Source: Thermoplasmata archaeon (GTDB taxonomy: Archaea; Thermoplasmatota; Thermoplasmata; Lutacidiplasmatales; UBA184). Taken from it: a stretch of DNA of 64,000 bases. This document shows positions 54,168 to 63,789 of this stretch, in pieces. The translations under genes were made by a program, and so were the position numbers. Below the pieces are notes generated by a model. The model was not told where the DNA came from. It saw only the letters and a program-made list of their open reading frames with translations, and did no database searches. The stretch covers positions 4,351 to 68,350 of the forward strand of contig JAJZYH010000001.1 in assembly GCA_021798195.1 (NCBI GenBank), in the 5' to 3' direction. Position 1 is the first letter of the stretch. Every line of letters starts with the position of its first letter.

Positions 54168-54623
54168 TCAAGCTCCCGACCGCGCGGTCCCGGGGTGTCG
54201 GGCTCCCCGGCGGACGAGGAGTTCCCGGAGACGGCTCTCCACCTCCGGCGGCGTGAGACCATGCGCCAGGGCCTCGGAAAGGAGGGTCTCCTGCCGGCCG
54301 GACCAGTCCCGGAGGAACCCTTCCCGGTCTCCCACGTGAGGACGGAGGACGCGCAGCTCCTTCCGTCGGGTGAGGGCGAGGAAGCCTTCCCGGCGGAGGA
54401 GGTCGTAGGCCTTGTTCACGGTGTGATAGTGGATGGCGAGGTCCGAGGCAAGCCTCCGGGAGGAGGGGAGGCGAGCCCCCTCGGGGAGCCGGCCATCCGC
54501 GATCCCCTCCACCACCGCCTGGTGGATCTGGCGGTACACCGGCACGGGGGAGTCGAAGTCCACCACAAAACGGAAGGAGGGTGGTTCCCGGGTTTCCGAA
54601 CCAACGGTCATGATCCACTCCAT
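54168..54623 (-). CDS. GntR-family transcriptional regulator
   Basis: VYRQIHQAVVEGIADGRLPEGARLPSSRRLASDLAIHYHTVNKAYDLLRREGFL (GntR HTH). Confidence 0.75.
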   Translation of the reverse strand: MEWIMTVGSETREPPSFRFVVDFDSPVPVYRQIHQAVVEGIADGRLPEGARLPSSRRLASDLAIHYHTVNKAYDLLRREGFLALTRRKELRVLRPHVGDREGFLRDWSGRQETLLSEALAHGLTPPEVESRLRELLVRRGARHPGTARSGA

Positions 54624-54632
54624 GTATCACGT

Positions 54633-54650
54633 GATATATATGATTTATAA
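54633..54650. promoter_or_regulatory. AT-rich bidirectional promoter element (gtgatatatatgatttataa) between gntR-like and folP
   Basis: This is the only strongly AT-rich 18-mer in the region. It contains tttataa and atatata, so it can serve as a TATA box for either divergent gene. Confidence 0.45.
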
Positions 54651-54702
54651 CACGTGGCTATACCTCCTCAGGACCTTAAGCCGGGGGTCTTTCCCGGCAC
54701 AG

Positions 54703-55908
54703 ATGGCCGGGGATCGATCGGGGGGTGTACCCCGAGGGCACGCCCCATCCAGCCGCGTCCTCTGCCCGGACTGGGTGGAGGACAGATTCGGGAGGCGATG
54801 GTCTCCATTCGCCCACGCGTGGGAGATCACGGGCCTTTCCCGAGGGGTGGCGCTCCGGATGGCGAGGGAGCTCCGCTCCCTGGGGGGGCAGGCACGGATC
54901 CTTCCCGGGGCAGGGGGGTCCCGGGTCGCTCCTCTGCGCCGGATCACCCTGGTGGCCACGGAAGACCAGTATGGGCGATGGGTCCGGCGAGCCCGCGCAC
55001 GTGGCGATTCCCTCACCGGGATGATCCTCTCCCTGGGACAAGTGCTGGACTCGACCCGCCGCAGAGGTCCCCGGACGGTCCTCCTGGCCCATGGCCGTCG
55101 ACTCGTGGTGGGACGTGGGACCCTGGTGATGGGCGTCCTCAACGTCACCCCGGATTCCTTCTCCGACGGGGGCCGTTTCCGTGACCCCGGGGAGGCGATC
55201 CAGGCGGGGCTGCGCCTCGTCGATGAGGGGGCGGACATCCTCGACGTGGGAGGGGAGTCCACCCGACCCGGCGCCTCGCCCGTCCCGCCGGGGGTGGAGC
55301 TCCGAAGGGTCCTCCCCGTCCTGGAAGGGCTCGCCCGGCGGACCGAGTCCATCCTCTCGGTGGATACCCGGAGGCCCTCCGTGGCCCGCGCGGCGCTCCG
55401 CGCGGGGGCCCACCTCATCAACGACGTGGAAGGATTGCGGCGGGCCGACCTCCGCCGGGAGGTCGCCCGGGCCGAGGCAGGAGCGGTGATCATGCACATG
55501 CGGGGGCGGCCCGCCACGATGCAGGCCGACACCCGGTACGTGGACATGATGGGAGAGATCTATGCCTTCCTCGATGCCCGGCTTCGGCGTGCTGAGGCGT
55601 CGGGGATCCCCCGGGAGCGGCTCATCGTGGACCCCGGGATCGGGTTCGGGAAGTCCCTCGCGGGGAACCTGGAGATCCTCCGACGGGTGGGGGAGTTCCG
55701 GGGCCTGGGCGTCCCGGTCCTCGTGGGAGCTTCCCGGAAATCGTTCCTGGGGACCCTCCTCAAGGGCGCCCCGGTGGGCGAGCGATTGGAGGCTTCGGTG
55801 GCCGCCGCGGTGGTGGCGGCCTTGCGGGGCGCCCACATCGTGCGGGTCCACGACGTGGCTCCCACGGTGAAGGCTTTGCGTCTCGCGGATGCGCTGCGCA
55901 GGCCCTGA
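54703..55908 (+). CDS. folP: Dihydropteroate synthase (pterin-binding domain), with a possible 106-aa N-terminal extension
   Basis: Core VMGVLNVTPDSFSDGG...DILDVGGESTRPGA...INDV...DPGIGFGK...GASRKSF. An alternative start at ATG 55021 gives a canonical approximately 296-aa DHPS. Confidence 0.85.
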   Translation: MAGDRSGGVPRGHAPSSRVLCPDWVEDRFGRRWSPFAHAWEITGLSRGVALRMARELRSLGGQARILPGAGGSRVAPLRRITLVATEDQYGRWVRRARARGDSLTGMILSLGQVLDSTRRRGPRTVLLAHGRRLVVGRGTLVMGVLNVTPDSFSDGGRFRDPGEAIQAGLRLVDEGADILDVGGESTRPGASPVPPGVELRRVLPVLEGLARRTESILSVDTRRPSVARAALRAGAHLINDVEGLRRADLRREVARAEAGAVIMHMRGRPATMQADTRYVDMMGEIYAFLDARLRRAEASGIPRERLIVDPGIGFGKSLAGNLEILRRVGEFRGLGVPVLVGASRKSFLGTLLKGAPVGERLEASVAAAVVAALRGAHIVRVHDVAPTVKALRLADALRRP

Positions 55909-55925
55909 AGGTCGCCCCGGGGCCT

Positions 55926-56336
55926 CTACCTTCCCTTCCCCGAAGCCCTTTGTGTCCCCCCCGCACGCCCTCTCCTCGGGGGAGGACGGGAGGCGGGTTC
56001 GCGGCGCACCGGCACCGTGATGACCCGGGAGGGAGGGGGAGGAGGAGGCGCCTCCAGCTCCTCGTCGAGCCGGCGGACCACCACCTCGATCCCCTGGAAG
56101 AGCGCATGGAGGAGTTCCCGGGTCTCCCGTGGGGGGAGGGCGCCCGGGGAAGCCCGGGCACCCGCGAACCAGGCCCGCCCCCGGGTGCCCACCTCCTGGA
56201 TGGCGAAGAGCACCTCCGGGGAGAATAGGACCCTCCGTACCCGCCGCTGGGAGGTCCGGGCGATCTCCGTCCAGGCGCGGAGGAGTTCCCCCGGAGGGGG
56301 GACCGGGGGGGCCCGTGCGGCCCTACGCCGGGGCAC
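55926..56336 (-). CDS. Hypothetical small protein (136 aa) immediately downstream of, and overlapping, the ArsA-like gene
   Basis: ORF ...GELLRAWTEIARTSQRRVRRVLFSPEVLFAIQEVGTRG...LHALFQGIEVVVRRLDEELE. It overlaps the ArsA stop by about 14 nt. Weak call. Confidence 0.3.
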   Translation of the reverse strand: MPRRRAARAPPVPPPGELLRAWTEIARTSQRRVRRVLFSPEVLFAIQEVGTRGRAWFAGARASPGALPPRETRELLHALFQGIEVVVRRLDEELEAPPPPPPSRVITVPVRREPASRPPPRRGRAGGTQRASGKGR

Positions 56337-57522
56337 GGGACCTCCGGGGCTCGGTGGGGCTCTGGAACTCCACCGTGAGGCGCCCGTCCCGGAACGTGGC
56401 GCCCGTCACGCGGGAGTCCAGGAATGCGTAGGGAAGGAGAAGGGCCCGCTTGTACCAACCCACACGGACGTAGAGCGAGTCCCCGCGCATGTCCACCTCG
56501 ATCTTCTCCTGGGAGGCGAAGGGGAGGTCGATGCTGACGAACTTGGACCTCCCGCGGGAGGAGAAGCGGATGGGGATCTGGCTCGCGAAGACGCGCGTGG
56601 GGTCCTCGTCCCGGAAGACGTCCTGGGCCAGACGGCGGAGGCGCTCCTCCCCGATCACCTCCTCGGGGTAGCGCGGCACCTCCCGCCGGGGGATCTCCCC
56701 GAACACCTCCTGGATGGTGCCCAGGTTCTTCGCCTGCTGGGAGAGCACGGTCTGGAGGTAGCCCGAGTTCTCCGCGTTGGGGGGGAACACCCGGTTCACC
56801 ACCAGCATCTCCACCGGGAACCCGAAGAGGCAGAGGTAGGTGAAGGCCCGCTGGGTCTCGGCGATGACCATGCGCTCCGGGTTCAGCACCAGGCGGACGG
56901 ACGAGTTCTTGGGATCGGTGAGGATCTCCCGCACGCGCCGGAAGCGGGTGTAGAGCTCCTCCAGGCTCGCGAAGAAGCCGTCGGTGGGGAGGGGGGTCTT
57001 CATCATCTTCCCCACGGTGGGCCGGGCCACCTTCACCAGGCGGCGCTGCATCCGGAACACGTGCGTGAAGTACCACTCCATGGCGTCCGGGAAGGAGAGG
57101 AGACGCAGGGTGTCCGCCGTGGGCGCGGTGTCCAGGACCACGACGTCGAAGGCGCGGGACCTCTCGTAGGATTCGAGGAGGAGGAGCGAGGTGATGAGCT
57201 CCATCCCCGGGAGGATCACCACCTCCTTCGCGGTGATCTCCTCCACGCCCTGGGAGGCGAGGAGGCTCACCAGGTAGCCGTACACCTGCTGCCAGTGGCG
57301 CTCCATCTCGGTGAGGACGTCGATCTCCTGGGCGAAGAGGTTGGGGCGCACCTGCTTCGCGTCGGGCCCCAGCGGGACGTCGAGGGCATCCCCCAGGGAG
57401 TGGGCGTTGTCGGTGGAGACCACGAGGGTCTTGTGCCCCCGGGCGGCCGAGGCGAGTCCCGTGGCCGCGGAGAGGGAGGTCTTCCCCACCCCTCCCTTCC
57501 CCGTGTAGATGATGGTCCTCAT
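56323..57522 (-). CDS. ArsA/Get3-family P-loop ATPase with C-terminal HSP20/CS-like beta domain
   Basis: Internal ATG ([22 protein letters not shown], the deviant Walker A), DTAPTAD switch II. C-terminal about 100 aa (...KIEVDMRGDSLYVRVGWYKRALLLPYAFLDSRVTGATFRDGRLTVEF) looks like an alpha-crystallin/CS fold. Confidence 0.85.
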   Translation of the reverse strand: MRTIIYTGKGGVGKTSLSAATGLASAARGHKTLVVSTDNAHSLGDALDVPLGPDAKQVRPNLFAQEIDVLTEMERHWQQVYGYLVSLLASQGVEEITAKEVVILPGMELITSLLLLESYERSRAFDVVVLDTAPTADTLRLLSFPDAMEWYFTHVFRMQRRLVKVARPTVGKMMKTPLPTDGFFASLEELYTRFRRVREILTDPKNSSVRLVLNPERMVIAETQRAFTYLCLFGFPVEMLVVNRVFPPNAENSGYLQTVLSQQAKNLGTIQEVFGEIPRREVPRYPEEVIGEERLRRLAQDVFRDEDPTRVFASQIPIRFSSRGRSKFVSIDLPFASQEKIEVDMRGDSLYVRVGWYKRALLLPYAFLDSRVTGATFRDGRLTVEFQSPTEPRRSRAPA

Positions 57523-57725
57523 GGGAGGTCCTCCGACGATCCCTCCGGGAGGGGCGGGGGTTGGCTGGGAACGTCCTCCTCGAGGATGAACGGTCCCTTG
57601 TACCCGCACTGCTTGCACGTGTAGAGCGCCCCGCTGAACATGGTCACATCGGTGAACACGTCGGTGGACCGGCACTGGGGGCAGCGGAGGATCCGTTCAG
57701 GGGTCGGGCGGTGCCGGCGCACCAT
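57519..57725 (-). CDS. Small zinc-ribbon protein (68 aa)
   Basis: CPQCRST...CKQCGY (C4 ribbon), with an acidic/proline C-terminal tail. The ATGA overlap couples it to the ArsA-like gene. Confidence 0.5.
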   Translation of the reverse strand: MVRRHRPTPERILRCPQCRSTDVFTDVTMFSGALYTCKQCGYKGPFILEEDVPSQPPPLPEGSSEDLP

Positions 57726-60285
57726 CGGGTCCCTCCTCCGGTCCCTCCGGTCCGTCGGATCCGCCGGGGGGGGCGGGGGTCCCCGGCTCCCCGTCCGAGG
57801 ACGGGGTCTCCCCCGGGGCCACGAGCCGCACCGCCGACTGCACCGCGTCCCCCTCGGCGAGGCGCATCACGATGACCCCGAGGGTGTTCCTCCCCTGCTC
57901 CCGGATCTGGCGGACCGGGCTGCGCAGCGTGAGCCCGTTCTGGGTGGTCACCAGGATCTCGTCCTCGTCCCGGACCGGGATCACCGCCACCACGTGCCCG
58001 TTGCGCCCCCCGGTCTTGATGGTGATGACGCCGTGGGCGCCCCGGTGCGTGAGGCGGTACTCCGCCACCGGGGTACGCTTCCCGAACCCCGTGGAGGTGA
58101 GGGTGAGGAGGCTCGGGAACTCGCGGCTCACCACGTTCATGGCCACCACGCGGTCCTCCGCGCCCGAGAGGCGCAGGCCCCGGACCCCGAAGGTGGCCCG
58201 GCCCGTGGGCCGGACGTCCTCCTCCCGGAACCGTACCAGCTGGCCCTCCCGGGTGGCCAGGATCACCTCGTCGTGGCCGGTGGTCACCGCCACGTCCACG
58301 AGCTCGTCCCCCTCCTCGAGGAGGACGGCCTGGATGCCGTTGGTCCGGATGTTCTGGAAGAGCGCGAGCGCGGTCTTCTTCACGAGCCCCCGGCGCGTGG
58401 CGAAGAGCAGGTGGCCGGTCCCCGCGAGGTCCCGCACGGGCAGCTCGGTCTGGATCCGCTCCCCCTCCTGGAGCTTGGGAAGGAGGTTCACGATGGCCTT
58501 CCCCTTGGAGTGCCGGCCCATCTCGGGGATCTCGTAGGCCTTGAGGCGGTAGACGCGGCCCAGGTTGGTGAAGAAGAGCACGTAGTCATGGGTCCGGGTG
58601 AGGAAGGCCCGCGTGACGAAGTCCTGCTCCTTGGTGGCCATCTGGACGAGCCCCTTCCCGCCCCGCCGCTGCCGGCGGTAGGTGTCCAGGGGGAGCCGCT
58701 TGATGTAGCCGTCGTTGGAGATCAGCATCACCACGTCGATGTCGGGGATGAGGTCCTCGAGGGACCTCTCCGTGAACGCGTCCACGATCTGGGTCCGGCG
58801 GGGATCCCCGTAGTTCGCCCGGAGGGTCTTGAGCTCCTCCCCGATGAGGTGGTCCAGCACCTTGGGATTGGCGAGGATCTCCTTGAGCTCCTTGATCTCC
58901 GCATCCTTCGCCGCGAGCTCCGCCTCCACCGATTCCCGCTCCATGGCGGTGAGCCGGGAGAGGCGCATGTCCAGGATCGCCTTCGCCTGCTCCTCGGAGA
59001 GGAGGAACTTCCCCATGAGGGAGGTCTGGGCGGCCGGGACGTCCCGGGACCTGCGGATGATCCGGATGACCTCGTCGATGTGGTCGATGGCGATGAGGAA
59101 CCCCTCCAGGAGGTGCCGGCGTTCCTGGGCCTTGCGCAGGTCGAAGGTGGCGCGGCGGGTGAGGACGCTGCGCCGGTACTCCAGGTGGAGGCGGAGCAGG
59201 TCCAGGAGGGGGAGGGTCCGGGGCTTGCCCTCCACGAGGGCGAGGTTGATCACGCCGAACGTGGACTCGAGGGGGGTGTGCGCGTAGAGCTGGTTCAGCA
59301 CGATCTCCGGCGGGGCGTCCCGCCGGATCTCGAAGACCATGGAGATGCCCTCCTTGTCGGACTCGTCCCGGAGGTCGGTGATGCCGTCGATGGCCTTCCG
59401 CTTCACCAGGTCCGCCACCAGGGCGAGGAGCTGCGCCTTGTTCACCTCGTAGGGGAGCTCGGTGACCACGATCTCGGTGCGTCCGTCCCGTTCCCGGATC
59501 TCCGCCTTGGCCCGGAGGCGGAGCATGCCCCGCCCGGTGGCGTAGGCCTCCCGGATCCCCTCCGCGCGGGAGATGAGCCCCCCCGTGGGGAAATCGGGGG
59601 CCGGCAGGACCTTCATCACCTCGTCCAGGGTCGCCGTGGGGTTCTCCAGGAGGAGGAGGAGCGCGTCCACCACCTCCCCCAGGTTGTGGGGCGCCATGTT
59701 GGTGGCCATCCCCACCGCGATCCCCGCCGAGCCGTTCACCAGGAGCTGGGGGAGGCGGGAGGGGACCACCAGGGGTTCCTTGAGGGTCCCGTCGAAGTTG
59801 TCCCGCCAGTCCACGGTCTCCTTCTCGATGTCGGCGAGCATCTCCTCGGCGAGAGGGCTCAGGCGGGCCTCGGTGTACCGCATGGCCGCGGGGCTGTCCC
59901 CGTCGATGGAGCCGAAGTTCCCCTGGCCCTCCACCAGCGGATAGCGCAGGGAGAAGTCCTGGGCCATCCGGACCAGGGCATCGTAGACCGCGAGATCCCC
60001 GTGGGGGTGATACTTCCCCAGGACGTCGCCCACGGTCCGCGCCGACTTGCGGAAGGCGTGGTCGTGGGTGGCCCCCGACTCCCACATGGACCACAGGATC
60101 CGGCGGTGCACGGGCTTGAGGCCGTCCCGGACGTCGGGAAGGGCGCGGCCCACGATGACGCTCATGGCGTAGTCGATGTAGGAGCGGTGCATCTCCCGCT
60201 CCAGCGGCTGGGGCCGGATCCTGCCCGCGTTCTCGGGCGGCCGGGGAGGTTCCTCCCCGGGCGCCGCGGCTCCCCCCTCGGTCAT
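57697..60285 (-). CDS. gyrA: DNA gyrase subunit A
   Basis: Internal ATG ([12 protein letters not shown]...). [28 protein letters not shown]; active-site region [10 protein letters not shown]; GyrA-box QRRGGKG; C-terminal beta-pinwheel repeats; acidic tail. Confidence 0.95.
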   Translation of the reverse strand: MTEGGAAAPGEEPPRPPENAGRIRPQPLEREMHRSYIDYAMSVIVGRALPDVRDGLKPVHRRILWSMWESGATHDHAFRKSARTVGDVLGKYHPHGDLAVYDALVRMAQDFSLRYPLVEGQGNFGSIDGDSPAAMRYTEARLSPLAEEMLADIEKETVDWRDNFDGTLKEPLVVPSRLPQLLVNGSAGIAVGMATNMAPHNLGEVVDALLLLLENPTATLDEVMKVLPAPDFPTGGLISRAEGIREAYATGRGMLRLRAKAEIRERDGRTEIVVTELPYEVNKAQLLALVADLVKRKAIDGITDLRDESDKEGISMVFEIRRDAPPEIVLNQLYAHTPLESTFGVINLALVEGKPRTLPLLDLLRLHLEYRRSVLTRRATFDLRKAQERRHLLEGFLIAIDHIDEVIRIIRRSRDVPAAQTSLMGKFLLSEEQAKAILDMRLSRLTAMERESVEAELAAKDAEIKELKEILANPKVLDHLIGEELKTLRANYGDPRRTQIVDAFTERSLEDLIPDIDVVMLISNDGYIKRLPLDTYRRQRRGGKGLVQMATKEQDFVTRAFLTRTHDYVLFFTNLGRVYRLKAYEIPEMGRHSKGKAIVNLLPKLQEGERIQTELPVRDLAGTGHLLFATRRGLVKKTALALFQNIRTNGIQAVLLEEGDELVDVAVTTGHDEVILATREGQLVRFREEDVRPTGRATFGVRGLRLSGAEDRVVAMNVVSREFPSLLTLTSTGFGKRTPVAEYRLTHRGAHGVITIKTGGRNGHVVAVIPVRDEDEILVTTQNGLTLRSPVRQIREQGRNTLGVIVMRLAEGDAVQSAVRLVAPGETPSSDGEPGTPAPPGGSDGPEGPEEGPDGAPAPPDP

Positions 60286-60313
60286 CCGGACCCCCTCATG
60301 CCGTCCCGGAGCA

Positions 60314-61699
60314 TCAAGCCACCTTCGCCGCCTCGATCCGCGTGAGCTGGTCCCCCACCCGCCGATCCGCTTCGGAAAGGAACCTCTCCTGGCTCCCCGC
60401 GGGGAGCGTGGCCCCGCTCGCCACCCGGTGCCCGCCTCCCTCCCCCCCCACCGCCTTCGCCGCCTCCCGGCAGACGGCGGCCAGGTCCAGCCCGCGGCCG
60501 GTGAGCCAGAGCGTGCCCCGCGCGGAGACCTTGATCCGCCCCTCGGACTCGGAGAAGCTGAAGACGGGTCGCGTGGGGTCCAGGAAGTAGGTGAGGCCCA
60601 GGCCCGCGATGGTCCCGGCAAGGGGGACGTCCGGGGTGGCGAACCACTGGATCGCGCCCCGCCGGGTGACCCCCTGGGGGCCCTCCAGCCGCTTGAGCCC
60701 CTGGAGGATCCCCTGCCTCCAGGCCGCCTCGAGGCGCACGGCCCGTTCCCAGGCCGACCGGTCCCCCAGCGCCAGGGCGACCCCGACGGACGCCTCCCCC
60801 TCCCGGGCCGCGGCGTTCTGGAGGCGGGAGACCTCGAGGGCCTCTCCGGGGACCCGGGGGAGAAGGAAGCGCTCCTCGCTCACCCGCTCGCAGAATTCCG
60901 GCCGGGCCCCCTGGTCCATGAGCCGCAGGAGGAGGGCGCTCCCCAACCGTTCGGATTCCTCCGGCGAGAGGCTCGAGGGGGGGGCGCGGGGGGAAAGACC
61001 CAGCCGGGCGAGGAACGCGCGGGTCCCGTCCGGGTCCCCGCTCAGGCCCACGTAGTAGGGGTCCACCGAACGGGTGATCGCCTCGAGGAGGCTCTCCCCC
61101 GCGAGGGAAAGGGACCGGAGGCGCCGGACCACCCCGGCCCGCTCCCCCTCCTCGAGGAGCCGGCCGTTGAGGCCCCGGAATCCTCCCACGTGCTGCCGGT
61201 CGGCGATGGCGCCGGAGAGGCCCCAGGCCAGGAGGTCCAGGTTCTCCTCCGAGAGGGAACGGGCGAAGACGTAGGAGAGCATGCTCGCCGAGAGCTCCGA
61301 CATGCCGTCCACGTCCCAATGGTGCGGATTCACGAAGGCCACGTGCGGGCTCTCCCAGGGTCCCTCCGGGGGGATGTGGTGGTCCAGGACCACCACGGGA
61401 TGGGGGTGCTCCGCGAAGAGGGGAAGGAAGCTGGACCCCGTGTCCGCGACCAGGACCGGTCCCCGGGTGGCCCGGAGGAGGTCCCGGAGGCGCGTCTCCT
61501 CGATGCCCACGAGAGGGGTGAGCTGGAAGGGGCGACCCAGCCTCGCGAGAGCGTGGGCGAGGACGCTCGCGGAGGCGATGCCGTCCCCGTCGTTGTGGTA
61601 GATGACCCGCCACCGGGAGGGAACGGAGAGCAGGAGGTCCCGGGCCCGCCCGATCTCCTGGATCCCTCGGGGGTCCGTGAGGGCTCCCGGGACCATCAC
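60314..61699 (-). CDS. DHH-family phosphoesterase, archaeal RecJ/GAN (Cdc45-like) homolog
   Basis: DHH motifs ([16 protein letters not shown]; VVVLDHH), DHHA1-like C-terminus ([10 protein letters not shown]). Its start overlaps the S15 stop. Confidence 0.85.
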   Translation of the reverse strand: MMVPGALTDPRGIQEIGRARDLLLSVPSRWRVIYHNDGDGIASASVLAHALARLGRPFQLTPLVGIEETRLRDLLRATRGPVLVADTGSSFLPLFAEHPHPVVVLDHHIPPEGPWESPHVAFVNPHHWDVDGMSELSASMLSYVFARSLSEENLDLLAWGLSGAIADRQHVGGFRGLNGRLLEEGERAGVVRRLRSLSLAGESLLEAITRSVDPYYVGLSGDPDGTRAFLARLGLSPRAPPSSLSPEESERLGSALLLRLMDQGARPEFCERVSEERFLLPRVPGEALEVSRLQNAAAREGEASVGVALALGDRSAWERAVRLEAAWRQGILQGLKRLEGPQGVTRRGAIQWFATPDVPLAGTIAGLGLTYFLDPTRPVFSFSESEGRIKVSARGTLWLTGRGLDLAAVCREAAKAVGGEGGGHRVASGATLPAGSQERFLSEADRRVGDQLTRIEAAKVA

Positions 61700-62151
61700 T
61701 CGACCTGGAGCGCCGCCGTGGCGGCGGTGTAGTGCCAGTCCGCCGGCAGGACCTTCCGTTGCCGGTAGTAGCGGGCCAGGCGCCGGATGCGGGCCTCGAT
61801 GAGGGTGAGACCCCGGCGGTTGGACAGGTCCGCGGGGTGCTTCTCCAGATGCTGCTGCAGGTGGACCACCCGCCGCAGGAGGGCGGCGAGGTCTTCGGGA
61901 AGCTGGGGGGCGACTCCGCGTTCCCGGAGGACCGGGGTGAGCTTCTTTCCCGTGAGCAGGCGGGTGGAAGGAACTCCGAAGGAGTCCCGGAGCGCCATGC
62001 CGGCCTGGGCCACGGACGCACCCCCCTTCACGAGCTTGAGCGCCTCCTCCACCACCTCATCCTTGTCCAGGGGGACCCAGGAGGGGAGGACGGCCGGATA
62101 CGGCCGGTGGCTCGCGGCCCGGCCCCGGTGCCCGGAATGGATGCGGCTCAT
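61696..62151 (-). CDS. rps15: Ribosomal protein S15 (uS15; S13e-like archaeal form)
   Basis: MSRIHSGHRGRAASHRPY...ALKLVKGG...LRRVVHLQQHLEKHPADLSNRRGLTLIEARIRRLARYY. Confidence 0.9.
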   Translation of the reverse strand: MSRIHSGHRGRAASHRPYPAVLPSWVPLDKDEVVEEALKLVKGGASVAQAGMALRDSFGVPSTRLLTGKKLTPVLRERGVAPQLPEDLAALLRRVVHLQQHLEKHPADLSNRRGLTLIEARIRRLARYYRQRKVLPADWHYTAATAALQVE

Positions 62152-62215
62152 GGGGTTGGGGCTCACCGGACATTCCTACTTAAACCTGATGTGGCGGGCC
62201 CCTCGGGACCCCCTC

Positions 62216-62944
62216 TCACCGGCGCTCATCCACCACGTAGAGCACGCGGATGGGGAACTCCTTTCCTCCCTGCCGGACCTCCCGGATCACCCGGTTCCGG
62301 AACCCCGAGGACCCCAGCGACCGCGCGTACTCCGGGGAGAAGAAATGCATCACCGACCCGCGGGGGGAGAGATCGTAGGTGTCCGGGGCCACCTTTCGTC
62401 CCTTCCCGTACCACGGGTCGTGGGAGGAACGGACCGAGTAGGCGTGGAACCCACCGGGGCGGAGGACGCGTCGCACCTCGCCGAAGAAGGCTCGATGCTC
62501 TCTCTCCCGGAAGTCCATGTTCAGCACCAGGTTCGAGTACACCACCGAGACGGATGCGGACCGGATCCCCTGGAGGAACGGGAGGAGGGCCCCTTGGGTG
62601 AACCGGGGAGGATCGACCCGGGCATCGGTGCGGGAGCGGGCCTGGCGGAGCCCCACTCCGGCGCAGTCCACGGCCTCTACCGCATACCCCTGCGCGGCCC
62701 AGAACCACGCGTCGCGGCCGTACCCGCAGCCGAGCTCCACGAGGAGATTCCCGCGGTGGGGCTCCCCCGGGAGCCACCGGTGGAACCAGCGGGCGAACGC
62801 GCTGGGACCTGCCCCGAGGATCGCGGGGTCCGACCGGTAGAGGCGGTTCCAGAACCGCTCCTGCCGCCGGACCCTCCCCCATCGGCCCGCGCCCGTGGGC
62901 CGGGCCGGGAGTGGACCGCCGGAAGAACGGACGCCCCCCCTCAT
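62216..62944 (-). CDS. Class I SAM-dependent methyltransferase
   Basis: Internal ATG. Motif I LVELGCGYGRDAWFWAAQGYAVEAVD; motif post-I/II; 242 aa. Confidence 0.75.
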   Translation of the reverse strand: MRGGVRSSGGPLPARPTGAGRWGRVRRQERFWNRLYRSDPAILGAGPSAFARWFHRWLPGEPHRGNLLVELGCGYGRDAWFWAAQGYAVEAVDCAGVGLRQARSRTDARVDPPRFTQGALLPFLQGIRSASVSVVYSNLVLNMDFREREHRAFFGEVRRVLRPGGFHAYSVRSSHDPWYGKGRKVAPDTYDLSPRGSVMHFFSPEYARSLGSSGFRNRVIREVRQGGKEFPIRVLYVVDERR

Positions 62945-63789
62945 CGATTCGGGCGGAGGTCGAAACAGACTAAATAGGCGCCCGCCCGGCGGGGGAGCCC
63001 CCGCAGCACCCTCCCCACCTCTCCCGGACTCCGGTGGGCGGGGGCATCCCGGACCCGCATCGCATGGAACGGTCCCTCCCGGACCCCCCACCGGAGGAGG
63101 TCCTCGGGGGCGAGGATCGCATGCCGTTCCACCTCCGCGAAGAGGGCGGAGGGCCTTCCCTTGAGTTCCTGGACCATCCTTCCCACTTCCCACCGCTGCC
63201 GGAGGGGGCCATGGGCCCTCCCCCAGGATCGCCATTCCACCCGGAGGCGGCCCGCGGGACGCAGGTGGACGGTCCAGCGGTGCCGGAATCGGGGTGCCGG
63301 GTCCCCGGGGGGAACGAGGGAGAGGTCCAGGAGAAGGCACCCGTCCGGGGAAAGGGCCTCCGCCACGCCCTGGAAGAAGGAACGAAATTCCTCCTCCCGG
63401 GTCAGATAGGTGAGCCCGTCCATGGGGACCACTGCGACGTCCACGGGGTTCGGGAGTGCAAGGTCCGCGAGGTCCCCCAGGACCCACTCCACGGGAAGCG
63501 CCTCCCGCCGAGCTTCTCCCTCCGCGTACATGAGGTAGCGCGGATTGCGGTCCAGCCCCACCGTGGGGATGCCGGCCCGCGCCCAGTGCCGGGCCAGGAC
63601 CCCCGTCCCGCACGCAAGCTCCGCCATGGCGCGGGGGGGACGGTGGAGCGAGGCCCGGGCGACCCGGAGGAAATCGCGCGCCTCGGGGACCCGGTCCCAC
63701 CCGAACGCCGCCTCGTAGACGTTGGGGTAGGCCGAGAGAGGGTGCGCCGGGGAGTCCAGGAACCGGGAGGGATCAGGGGACCCGGTCAT
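62941..63789 (-). CDS. Class I SAM-dependent methyltransferase (second, tandem)
   Basis: AMAELACGTGVLARHWARAGIPTVGLD (motif I), VAVVPMDGLTYL. ATGA overlap with the downstream methyltransferase. Confidence 0.75.
   Translation of the reverse strand: MTGSPDPSRFLDSPAHPLSAYPNVYEAAFGWDRVPEARDFLRVARASLHRPPRAMAELACGTGVLARHWARAGIPTVGLDRNPRYLMYAEGEARREALPVEWVLGDLADLALPNPVDVAVVPMDGLTYLTREEEFRSFFQGVAEALSPDGCLLLDLSLVPPGDPAPRFRHRWTVHLRPAGRLRVEWRSWGRAHGPLRQRWEVGRMVQELKGRPSALFAEVERHAILAPEDLLRWGVREGPFHAMRVRDAPAHRSPGEVGRVLRGLPRRAGAYLVCFDLRPNR

Noticed and set aside
52874-54256. 460-aa plus-strand ORF
   Set aside because: Antisense to the DUF1648-like membrane protein. It is highly charged low-complexity (GEDRGSHQREGERHEEG...).
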